From an uncultured Chloroflexia bacterium (GTDB lineage Bacteria > Chloroflexota > Anaerolineae > CG2-30-64-16), in NCBI GenBank assembly GCA_963774265.1, contig CAVZDU010000010.1, positions 96,001 to 160,000 of the forward strand: 64,000 nucleotides of DNA, given 5' to 3'. The translations under genes and the position numbers were made by a program. This document shows positions 1 through 8,559 of the stretch, piece after piece. The notes beneath the pieces were generated by a model. It ran no database searches, was not told where the DNA came from, and saw only the letters and a list, made by a program, of their open reading frames with translations. How positions within the stretch are numbered: position 1 is the stretch's first letter; each line of letters opens with the position of its first letter.

Positions 1-90
1 GTTGGCCGGCCTATTGCCTCTACAAGTGCTAAAATTATACACAGGAAATCCTTGGACGCAAGACGCATTATGCTGCAATCTGACCCCGCA

Positions 91-363
91 TTAAGGCTCA
101 TCAAGACAGAGCGCGGCGCGTTCAACATAGCGCCGGGCTGTCTCTACATCACCCGCCAGAAGATAGGAGGCCGCCAGCCGCGCCAGATCTCTTGCTTCCT
201 GCGGCCCACGTCCATCGCGGATCCGCGCGATGGTCGCGCGCAGCAGCATCTTTTCCGTCTGTGTCTTTCGCCCAGCGTCGCGCTGGATCACCTCGCCCTC
301 GTCTGTCACGTTATCCGGTAGCCCGCTGAGACGATGCCACTTCGCGACATCACTTTCCGTCAT
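91..363 (-). CDS. hypothetical protein (90 aa, helical, TPR-like C-terminus)
   Basis: ATG with upstream GGGGA. An extended -10 (TGcTATAAT) lies on the minus strand at about 420-428. The C-terminal ARLAASYLLAGDVETARRYVERA resembles a TPR helix pair. Confidence 0.55.
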   Translation of the reverse strand: MTESDVAKWHRLSGLPDNVTDEGEVIQRDAGRKTQTEKMLLRATIARIRDGRGPQEARDLARLAASYLLAGDVETARRYVERAALCLDEP

Positions 364-463
364 TGCTTATCCCCATCTGTTGGTCCAGGTCAGCCGCAAC
401 TGCAGCTTGCCTCTGACCCATTATAGCATCTGGCAGCAGGTCGACTGTGGTCAATAACTCGAA

Positions 464-492
464 TTGACAGCTTTCAGGCTTCCTGGTATGAA
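464..492 (+). promoter_or_regulatory. sigma70-type promoter for the uroD-like/galK-like genes
   Basis: TTGACA-17nt-TATGAA, followed by AGGAGG before the ATG at 515. Confidence 0.55.
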
Positions 493-514
493 TCGAGACC
501 AGGAGGTTTGACCC

Positions 515-1534
515 ATGGATCTGAACCACAAAGAGCGCACGCAAGTTGCGTTTCGTCATGAGCCTGTCGATCGACTCCCTACTCAGATCAACTACACACC
601 AGCAATGGGTGTGGCACTGGCCGCCCACTTTGGTGTTCCTGTGAGTGAGCTCGACATGTTGCTCGATAACCACCTGCTGCGCATTGACCTGTCATTCCCA
701 TCGCGTCTCAGCCCTGACAGGCAGGAGCGCTATGACTGGTGGGGCGTGGGCTATGACACCGCGGAAGAGGGCTACTTCATCCGTCACAGCCCTCTTGCCG
801 CCGCGCCTGATCTGGATACCTTCTGCTGGCCTGATCCCCACACCCCAGATCTGTTAGTCGATGCGCAGGCGGCGATTGCGCTCCGCGGACGCGAGTACTT
901 TGTCGCGCCGAACCTGGGCTTTGCGCTGTTCGAACGGGCATGGGCTTTGCGCGGGTTCGAGCAGTTCCTTATGGACATCGCCCTCGATCAGGTGTATGTC
1001 GGCGAACTCCTCGATCGGATCGTTTCGATCCAGCTCGTACTGATCGAGCGCTTCCTTGACCTCGGCGTAGACGGTGGCTATTTTGGCGACGACTACGGAG
1101 CACAGAAAGGATTGCTCATTTCGCCCGCCACCTGGCGCCGACTGATCAAGCCACGGCTTGCGCGCCTTTTTGCACCTTTTCGTGAACGCGACTTGCCTGT
1201 CATCATGCATTCCGACGGTCAGATCCAGGCGATCCTGGCGGATCTGGTTGAGATCGGCTTGACGGTCCTCAACCCGGTGCAACCCGAGGTGCTCGATCAT
1301 CGCAGCCTCCATGCGCAGTTTGAGGGCCGGCTGGCTTTTTACGGAGGCATTTCAACGCAAACGGTATTGCCTCATGGCGCGCCGCCTGATGTTCGTCGCG
1401 CCGTGGCGGCGTGCGCTGCAGATCTGGCGCCCAACGACACGGGCCTGATCCTGGCCCCTTCGCATCGACTGATGACCGACGTCCCTATGGCCAATGTTGA
1501 GGCTATGTTGGCCGCCTTTCGAGAGAGGAAATGA
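515..1534 (+). CDS. uroporphyrinogen decarboxylase (URO-D)/MtaA-CmuA family protein
   Basis: Motifs FERAW-LRG, GDDYG-Q-GLLISP, MHSDG, LNPVQPE, GGISTQ and APSH are typical of this family. Confidence 0.85.
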   Translation: MDLNHKERTQVAFRHEPVDRLPTQINYTPAMGVALAAHFGVPVSELDMLLDNHLLRIDLSFPSRLSPDRQERYDWWGVGYDTAEEGYFIRHSPLAAAPDLDTFCWPDPHTPDLLVDAQAAIALRGREYFVAPNLGFALFERAWALRGFEQFLMDIALDQVYVGELLDRIVSIQLVLIERFLDLGVDGGYFGDDYGAQKGLLISPATWRRLIKPRLARLFAPFRERDLPVIMHSDGQIQAILADLVEIGLTVLNPVQPEVLDHRSLHAQFEGRLAFYGGISTQTVLPHGAPPDVRRAVAACAADLAPNDTGLILAPSHRLMTDVPMANVEAMLAAFRERK

Positions 1535-2712
1535 CCATCATGGATGCCAGCGAACGTCGCGCCCTGATAGCTCGCGAGTTTGGAAAACGCTTTGGTGCAC
1601 AGGCTGATCTCTGGGTTCGTGCCCCCGGTCGTGTTGATTTGATGGGCAGCCACACCGATTACAACCTATGCCACGTGATGACCATGACGCTCAACCGCGA
1701 CACCTGGATGGCGTTGCGGCCCCGATCCGACAGGTGCGTCGCAGTCCAATCCCTTAATCTTCCGGGTCGCGCCTTGTTCAGCCTCGATGCGATCGATCAT
1801 GATCAAGTTACACCCTGGAGCAATTATGTCCGCGGAATGGCGTGGGCGTTGCAGACGGCTGGATATCGCCTGTGCGGCTTCGACGGACTGATCCACAGCA
1901 CCATTCCGTTTGGCAGTGGATTGAGTTCCTCCGCCGCCATCGAAATGGCGACCGGCATGGCATTTCAGGCGGCCTCTGATTTCAACATGGACCCGCTGGA
2001 ATTGGCCGTGCTCGGACAACGCGCCGAGAATGCGTTTGTGGGATTGAACTGCGGGATCCTGGACCAGTATAGTTCGGCCTTTGGCCAGGTGGACAGTGCG
2101 TTGTTGCTTGACTGTCGGGACCTCACGCACCGCATCGCCCCGATCTCGGCCGGGATCGCCGTGGTCATCTGTGACACCGCCGCGCCTCGTGATTTGGTCG
2201 GCACCGAATACGGCGAGCGTCGCGCCCAGTGCGAGCTTGGGGTGCAGCTGCTTGCACGCCACTATCCGCAGGCTGCATCGTTGCGGGACGTCACTCTGGA
2301 GATGCTTCTGGCGCATGCAGAGGAACTGCCACCGGTCGTCGCTAGGCGGTGCCGGTTTATCGTGGAGGAGAACCTGCGCGTTTTGGCGCTGGCCGATGCA
2401 TTGGAGGTCGGCCAGCGAGCGCGCTTGCATGACCTGTTCGCTGCTTCTTACATAGGCGCCCGTGACCTGTACGAGATCGGCGCACCCTCAATGTCCGCGA
2501 TGATGGACGCGATGCAGACTGCGCCTGGCGTCATTGCCGCCCGCCAGGCGGGGGCGGGCTTCGGCGGTTGCATGGTCGCGCTCGTAGAAGAGCAGCAGGT
2601 CGCCGCGTTCTGCGACGCTGTGAAGGCGCGATACGAGTCTGTCACGGGCATCGAACCCAACGTTTACCCGGTGCAGGCAGCAGCAGGCGCCGGCGCACTT
2701 GGCGCCGCCTGA
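1531..2712 (+). CDS. galK: galactokinase-like GHMP sugar kinase
   Basis: APGRVDLMGSHTDYN, PFGSGLSSSAA, CGILDQ and GAGFGG motifs. ATGA overlap with the upstream gene. Confidence 0.8.
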   Translation: MTIMDASERRALIAREFGKRFGAQADLWVRAPGRVDLMGSHTDYNLCHVMTMTLNRDTWMALRPRSDRCVAVQSLNLPGRALFSLDAIDHDQVTPWSNYVRGMAWALQTAGYRLCGFDGLIHSTIPFGSGLSSSAAIEMATGMAFQAASDFNMDPLELAVLGQRAENAFVGLNCGILDQYSSAFGQVDSALLLDCRDLTHRIAPISAGIAVVICDTAAPRDLVGTEYGERRAQCELGVQLLARHYPQAASLRDVTLEMLLAHAEELPPVVARRCRFIVEENLRVLALADALEVGQRARLHDLFAASYIGARDLYEIGAPSMSAMMDAMQTAPGVIAARQAGAGFGGCMVALVEEQQVAAFCDAVKARYESVTGIEPNVYPVQAAAGAGALGAA

Positions 2713-2778
2713 TAAGGAGATCCAGCCCTTGATCACATGAGCGCGACGGGACGCGACCAATAATACATATTAATATCC

Positions 2779-2807
2779 TTGCATTCTTGCGGTCGATCTG
2801 ATATAAT
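2779..2807 (+). promoter_or_regulatory. sigma70-type promoter of the LysM gene
   Basis: TTGCAT-17nt-TATAAT with an extended TG. Confidence 0.6.
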
Positions 2808-2853
2808 GATTGCATATAAGGCGTGTACCAGTCCGGCCTGTGAGGAGGGTCCG

Positions 2854-3438
2854 ATGAAGCGTGGCTTACTCGTGGTGGTGCTCGGGACGTTGCTCCTGTC
2901 GGTCTCGGCGCCCACGGTGATGGCGGACAGCGGGCCGGGCGCCATGCACGTGGTGCAGCCCGGGGAAACGCTTGCCAGCATCGCCAGGCGCTATTGCACG
3001 ACCTGGCAGGAGTTGTACAGCCTCAATGCTCCCACCCTGGTGAACCCGAACCAACTCTATCCCGGCATGACGCTGCGCGTAGCGAACCGCTGCGACGGCT
3101 GGGACGGCGGTGGAGGATGGTCCGGTGACCATGGGGGACCAGATGGAGGTCAGTGGGGTGGCGCGTACGATCGAGGGCCGCGTTTGCACGCACAGGGTGA
3201 CCTGCGTGGCAGCACCTATACGGTGGTGCGGGGTGACACGGCGTATTCCATCGCCTTGCGCTTCGGGATTAGCACCGACACGCTCGGCCAGGCGAATGGT
3301 ATCAATCCATGGCGCATCTACGCCGGACAGTGCTTGACCATCCCTGGGTTCGGTCAAGGGGAGCATCCGTTTGGGCAGCCGCGCCAGCCGTATGATGGTC
3401 AGGCCGGCCCGCCCAGACCCAATCCGCCGCGACCGTGA
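2854..3438 (+). CDS. secreted protein with two LysM domains
   Basis: GAGGAGG RBS before ATG 2854. Signal peptide MKRGLLVVVLG..., then LysM motifs HVVQPGETLASIA and YTVVRGDTAYSIA separated by a Gly-rich linker. Confidence 0.85.
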   Translation: MKRGLLVVVLGTLLLSVSAPTVMADSGPGAMHVVQPGETLASIARRYCTTWQELYSLNAPTLVNPNQLYPGMTLRVANRCDGWDGGGGWSGDHGGPDGGQWGGAYDRGPRLHAQGDLRGSTYTVVRGDTAYSIALRFGISTDTLGQANGINPWRIYAGQCLTIPGFGQGEHPFGQPRQPYDGQAGPPRPNPPRP

Positions 3439-3466
3439 TCCAGGGGTGCGGTACTGGTCCCTGCCG

Positions 3467-4186
3467 TCACGCCTCGCTCGTGAAATGACTATACGTCCCT
3501 TCCGTGAGTTTCCGCTTCCCTTCGGCAAGCAGATCGTCGGGAATGTCACGGAGGGTTTCCTCTTGCGCCCGGTCCTGTGGCGTGCGCGGCACCGCGCCCC
3601 GCTCGAAATAGCTGAGCGTCTCCGCCATCATTTCCCCTGCCAGCGCGGCTAGCTGGCCGTTGATCTTCTCATAAGTGTCACCGCGGTGCACCGGCAACTC
3701 CCGTCTCAGGATGATGTCGCCCTCGTCGATGTGCGTGTCGACGAAGTGGATCGAGACGCCCTGGGGCAGGTCCTTGTATAGCGCCCATCCTACGGGTGAA
3801 CTGCCGCGTAAGGTCGGCAGCAGGCCTGGGTGTGCGTTCACGGTGGCGATGCGCGGCACATCGAGGATCGTCTCGCGTGCGATGCGTGCGCCACCCATCA
3901 CCAACAGGTCGGGCGGGTCCGCGGCCAGCAGCTCGCCGCAGAAGTCGCTGTTGAGGTTGTGAACGTACCAAACCGGGATCACGCGCTCCCGCACCTGCTC
4001 GACGACGCGCGGCGCGATGCATTGGCCGCCCATGCGCGCCAGGAATTTCTCACGTTCGACCGCGGCAACCTCCGATATCTCCTGCACGATCAACTCGGGT
4101 TCGTAACCGCGCTCGATCAGCACGCGCAGCATCTCCCGGCCCCAAGGGTGCTCTTCAAGCAACAAGAACGCAAAAGACAGCGGCAT
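3467..4186 (-). CDS. formyltransferase family protein (Formyl_trans_N)
   Basis: NAHPGLLPTLRGSSPV and IDEGDI motifs; GGAGG RBS. Confidence 0.8.
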   Translation of the reverse strand: MPLSFAFLLLEEHPWGREMLRVLIERGYEPELIVQEISEVAAVEREKFLARMGGQCIAPRVVEQVRERVIPVWYVHNLNSDFCGELLAADPPDLLVMGGARIARETILDVPRIATVNAHPGLLPTLRGSSPVGWALYKDLPQGVSIHFVDTHIDEGDIILRRELPVHRGDTYEKINGQLAALAGEMMAETLSYFERGAVPRTPQDRAQEETLRDIPDDLLAEGKRKLTEGTYSHFTSEA

Positions 4187-4198
4187 ATGGATTCCTCC

Positions 4199-5443
4199 TT
4201 ATTTCATCAGCCGGTATGCCAACGGACCGACCAGTCCCTTGAACGATCGCCCGCGCAGGGCTTGATCCAGGTCCGCAATCAAGTCCTGTGGCGTCTCCAG
4301 ACCAACACTGGCGCGCACGATCCCATCTCCTGTCCATTCCCGGATTCTCGCCTTCTGAGCAGTCGTCAGGTAGGGCGCGGCGTCTACGTACAGATCGGTC
4401 GGGTAGTAGAACAGCAAGCTGTGTGCGTGCCCCAGCGATGTGGCGTACGACCACAGCCTGATCCGCTCGGCCAGGTTGATGGCTGCGCCCAGCCCACCTC
4501 GCAATTCGAACGTGATCATCCCGCCGCCCGCCGCCATCTGCCGCTCAGCTAATTCGTGGTGCGGGTGCGATGGCAGCGCCGGATAGAACACGCGCTTGAC
4601 CTTCGGGTGCGTCTCCAGGTAGCGGGCTACCTCCGCCGCGCTCTCGCAGTGCCTGCGCATCCGCAGGGGCAGGGTGGCCAGCCCGCGCAGGATCAGCCAT
4701 GCGTTGAAGGGACTGGCCGCGCCCCCCAGGTGCACCAGCCCGTCCTGGCGGATCTTGTGCAACGCGCTCGCCCGGCCGCATATCGCACCCCCCAGTGCGT
4801 CGCCGTGGCCGTTCAGGTACTTGGTCAGGGAGTGAATGACATAATCTGCGCCCATCGTCGCGGGCTGCTGCAGGGCCGGACCAGCCCATGTCGAGTCGAC
4901 CGCCAGCGCCGCGCCGTGCGCATGGGCAATCTGGGCGAGGCCGCGGATGTCGGCTATCCGCAAGATCGGGTTGGCCGGCGTCTCCACATAAACCAGCTTC
5001 GTATTCGGGCGCAACGCGGCCTGCACCTGTTCGGCGTCCGAAGTGTCCACCAGGCTGACGTCGATGCCGAAGCGGGGCAGGTGCAGCCCGAACAACTCCA
5101 CTGAACCGGCGTAGCAGACCTCGGACGCCACCAGGTGATCGCCCGCGGACAACAGGGTGAACACCAGCGCCGAGACCGCCGCCATCCCCGTGGCGGTCAC
5201 CAGGGCCGCTTCAGTTCCCTCCAGGGCGGCGAGCCGTTCTTCCAGCGCTCGCAGGGTCGGGTTGCTCCATCGCGTGTAGGCGTGGGGCGCCGCCGGCGAT
5301 CCGAGGGTCAGCGCCTCAAACAGCTTCCCTCCGAACGGCGGCAGCTTGAAGGTGGTTGCCATGTGCAGCGGCAGCCGCAGCGCTCCCGTCGTAGGGTCCG
5401 CTGCCTCGCCTGCATGTACTGCGAGTGTCTCGAAATCCGTCAT
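4199..5443 (-). CDS. Cys/Met metabolism PLP-dependent lyase (methionine gamma-lyase/cystathionine lyase family)
   Basis: YTRWSNPT, TGMAA, ETPANP, HSLTKYLNGHGD (PLP Lys) and RASVGLE motifs. Confidence 0.88.
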   Translation of the reverse strand: MTDFETLAVHAGEAADPTTGALRLPLHMATTFKLPPFGGKLFEALTLGSPAAPHAYTRWSNPTLRALEERLAALEGTEAALVTATGMAAVSALVFTLLSAGDHLVASEVCYAGSVELFGLHLPRFGIDVSLVDTSDAEQVQAALRPNTKLVYVETPANPILRIADIRGLAQIAHAHGAALAVDSTWAGPALQQPATMGADYVIHSLTKYLNGHGDALGGAICGRASALHKIRQDGLVHLGGAASPFNAWLILRGLATLPLRMRRHCESAAEVARYLETHPKVKRVFYPALPSHPHHELAERQMAAGGGMITFELRGGLGAAINLAERIRLWSYATSLGHAHSLLFYYPTDLYVDAAPYLTTAQKARIREWTGDGIVRASVGLETPQDLIADLDQALRGRSFKGLVGPLAYRLMK

Positions 5444-5454
5444 GGCTGATTCCG

Positions 5455-6834
5455 TTATCCGTTTCTGTCTGTTGCAGCCAATGACTGCACGAGTGCAGCG
5501 TGCTTCTCACGTGTGATCGGATATTTGTAGGCGAACACGATCGCCAGCACTAACAGCACCGCTGGAATTGGCCCGGTGAAGATGCGGATGGCCGTGATTG
5601 CGAGACCGGGCTGCACGGGTGCCGGGTTGGCCGCGCTCGGCGTGAGGTAGCCGGTCAGCGCCAGCGCCTGCCCCATCATCCACAGAGCAAGGCCCGTAGC
5701 CAGTTTCTGGAAGAACGATGCAAAGGCGTAGTACGAACCCTCACGACGCTGTCCGGTGACTGCCTGGTCCACCTCCACCACGTCCGGCACCATCGCCCAG
5801 GGGATGACATAAGCGGTCGCGATGCCAAAACCAGACAGCGCAGCCAGTATGTACGCCAAAAGCACCTGGTCCGGCGCGAGCGCCGATATCAGCAGCAGCA
5901 CGACGACCCACGAGAGTGAGCCAACGATGAATGCACGCCGTTTGTCCAACCGCCGCGCCAGCCACACGGTGATCGGGATGAACAGGATGGCCATGCCCTG
6001 AGCGACGAGCACGAAGTAGTTGGCCTGTTCAGGGATGCGCAGACGATAGGACGCGTAATAGATCAGGACCGCCGCAAGGATGCTGGCTGTTGTCCAGCTC
6101 AAGAGGTACAAGCCCATCACCAGGCGAAACGGCTGGTTGCTGAGGGTCGCAGTGAGCGCCCTCCGCCACGGCAGCGGCGGCGGCAACTCCTCCGCAGGTC
6201 TTTCGCGAGTCACCCGAAATACCACGAATGGCGGGATCATGGACACAATGCCAAGTCCGACGCCCAGGGTCGCGAAGAGGGTGCGTTTGTCGGCAATTAC
6301 CCAACCCAGGACGGTCGCCAGGATGATCGCGCCAAGCGTGCCGGCAATGGAGAACACCATCCGGTAGCCGTTCAGCGAAGAGCGCTCGTCATAATCGCTG
6401 GTCAACTCTGGTGTCAAGGCATTGTAGCCTACGTGAACAATCGTAAATGCTGTATCGAACAGGATGAACACCAAGGCGTAGTAGACGGTCAGCCCGAGCT
6501 GGGACAGCGGCGGCACAATCCACATCAGCATAAACGTCAAGCCCAAAGGGACCGCGCCGAACAGCAGCAACACCCGTCGCCGCCCCCAGCGCGTCCGGAT
6601 GCGATCGGAGATCAGCCCGAAGAGCGGATCGTTGATGGCATCCCAGATGCGGGGCAGGCCGACCGCCCATCCCGCCAGATCGGGGCGCAGCCGTGCCACA
6701 TCGGTCAGGAAGAAGAGCTGGAAGAACATCAGGATCGCCAGCGGAATGCTGGTCGACAGGTCACCTGTAGAGAAGGCGAGCTTCATGCTGCGCGGAAGCG
6801 CAGCAGGTCCCTTCTCCTGGGTGCCGGCGCTCAC
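5455..6834 (-). CDS. MFS transporter, glycoside-pentoside-hexuronide (MelB-like) family
   Basis: WDAINDPLFGLISDRIRTRWGRRR, ELTSDYDERSSL and QRREGSYYA motifs; about 12 TM segments. Confidence 0.88.
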   Translation of the reverse strand: MSAGTQEKGPAALPRSMKLAFSTGDLSTSIPLAILMFFQLFFLTDVARLRPDLAGWAVGLPRIWDAINDPLFGLISDRIRTRWGRRRVLLLFGAVPLGLTFMLMWIVPPLSQLGLTVYYALVFILFDTAFTIVHVGYNALTPELTSDYDERSSLNGYRMVFSIAGTLGAIILATVLGWVIADKRTLFATLGVGLGIVSMIPPFVVFRVTRERPAEELPPPLPWRRALTATLSNQPFRLVMGLYLLSWTTASILAAVLIYYASYRLRIPEQANYFVLVAQGMAILFIPITVWLARRLDKRRAFIVGSLSWVVVLLLISALAPDQVLLAYILAALSGFGIATAYVIPWAMVPDVVEVDQAVTGQRREGSYYAFASFFQKLATGLALWMMGQALALTGYLTPSAANPAPVQPGLAITAIRIFTGPIPAVLLVLAIVFAYKYPITREKHAALVQSLAATDRNG

Positions 6835-8322
6835 AGGGCCTCCAGATCCTGCATCTCTGGCGCCTCGTAGCTGTAGAACTCGTCCAGCGACCGGGCGGCC
6901 ACCGCCGCGCGAAACGCCCTGAGTTCTGCCTCGACTGCCGGATCCAATTCTCTCGGCCGATGCTTCGACAGGATATCTTTTGCCTTCGCTCGCGCGTTAT
7001 CGACTGCCGTGCGGCCGCCTCCCTTCTCCCAGCTATCCCAAGGATCGCGCACGAATAGCTTCGGCTGGTAGTGCTCCTTCCGGAAATGTGCCACTGTGTG
7101 CATCTCGGCGAGGTAATTCCCGGAGTAGTTGACCTGGCGGACAAGATCGAGCGCCAACGTTTCGTCATTCACCTCAATGCCGCTGCGCCAGGCGCAGCGC
7201 CGAGCCACACGCCTCATCATCCAGCACCAGCAAGGCGTGGTGTTCCAGGAGCGTGCTGTCCAGCGTGCCGCCGCAGGTGATCAGGTTCACGCCGGCCAGC
7301 ACCGCGGGCAGCAACGTCTGCATCCGCTCCAGTCCCGCCTGCACATCGGGCATCTTGCTTTCGGTCACACCGCCGACCGAGCGGATCGGCAGGCCATAGA
7401 ACCGTGCCATTTGCGCCGATGCGGCCGTGATCAGGCCTGTCTCGGCCGCGCCCAGCGCGACCGTGCCGTGACGCATGTTGGCAATGGTCGATACGGTGCC
7501 ATAGAGGACCGGCGTGCCCGGCCGGAAGAGTTGCGCCAGCGCGATGTGGGCGAGAATGGCTGCGTTTTCCTGTGCCAGCAGCCCGGCGAGGGTCACCGGT
7601 GCGGTGGCGCCCGCGATGGCCTCGGGCGACATGGCCAGCGGCTGGCCGTACTCTGCGCAGATGAGCAGGCCCTCCGCCTGCTGCTGAGCCATCTGCAGCG
7701 GGCTGACCACGGAGCAGATCGCCAGGAACCGCGGCCGCCGGCGAAGCTCTTCCTTGCCGCCTACCGCGATGGCCATCATCCGCATCATGTCCCACGTGGG
7801 CAAATAGCCGTAGCAGCCCATACCAAACGATTTGCGGCTGTGATGCGCCCAGTCCCAAATTGCCTCCGCATGGATCGTCGTCATTGGGATGTCGTCCGGC
7901 CAAACGTCCATCTGCGAGTTGTGGATATGATCCAGCCCGTCAATCAAAATGATATGCTCCAGCATATCAGCAGCGGTCACAGGGCGGATGCGGCCGGTAT
8001 CCATATCGACGATTCGCGTGGGCGTGCCTAGTCCGGCAAACAACGGCCCGGTCTGGTCGGGACCGATCGCATAACGCACTGCAGGATCGAGGCCATGTAG
8101 CGCAAACGAACTGGGAGCGCGTCCGATGGCATCCATGACAAGCTCCCGGGGGAGGCGCACCACCTGCCGTTGCTCGTCGACATCCGCACCGGCGTCGCGG
8201 AAAATGGCGCGAGCAATCGGATAGTCGACCCTGATGCCGATTTCTCCCAGGATGGCCATAGAACCCGCGTGAATGCGCTCGACTTCATCCGTGGATAACA
8301 CCTCAAAACAGGAGGTTCTCAC
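6831..8322 (-). CDS. trimethylamine methyltransferase (MttB) superfamily protein, non-pyrrolysine; frameshifted near 7184
   Basis: GATAPVTLAG, PGTPVLYG, ARFYGLP and GIEVNDETLAL motifs. ORFs 7174..8406 and 6831..7220 join as LARGIEV if one extra A near 7184 is removed. GTG start at 8322 with GAAGGAG RBS. Confidence 0.85.
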
Positions 8323-8507
8323 TTGCGGGGTTGCTCCTTCGGTTGTGGTGAGTTGGCATGGAAGGACGAAGGAGATTATACGCCGAAATTGGTGTTTGGA
8401 CCACATTGCTGACGGCAGAGGAATTGGAGAGCCAGTCGTGGACGGTTGATGTCTGGATGACCCGGATCGTGCCGGGGCACACGGAATAGATTAAGATCGT
8501 GGGAACC

Positions 8508-8545
8508 GTGGACCGCTGAAGCAAGCAGATGCTTCAGCGGCCCAC
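8508..8545. terminator. strong stem-loop downstream of the clostripain gene
   Basis: GTGGACCGCTGAAGCA pairs with TGCTTCAGCGGCCCAC; no clear U-tract. Confidence 0.5.
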
Positions 8546-8559
8546 AGGTGGTGTGCTGC

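Noticed and set aside
7350-7400. Pyrrolysine codon in the MttB homolog
   Set aside because: The aligned site reads GLPIRSVGGVTESK, with Val where MttB has Pyl. The break in the gene is a frameshift, not an in-frame UAG.
8390-8465. SAM-I riboswitch-like words (ATCCAGA..GACTGGC..CAGCAA..GGT) upstream of the mttB operon
   Set aside because: The P2/kink-turn GGAGGGA and P1 pairing are missing, and the segment lies upstream of the likely -10 box (about 8375-8380).
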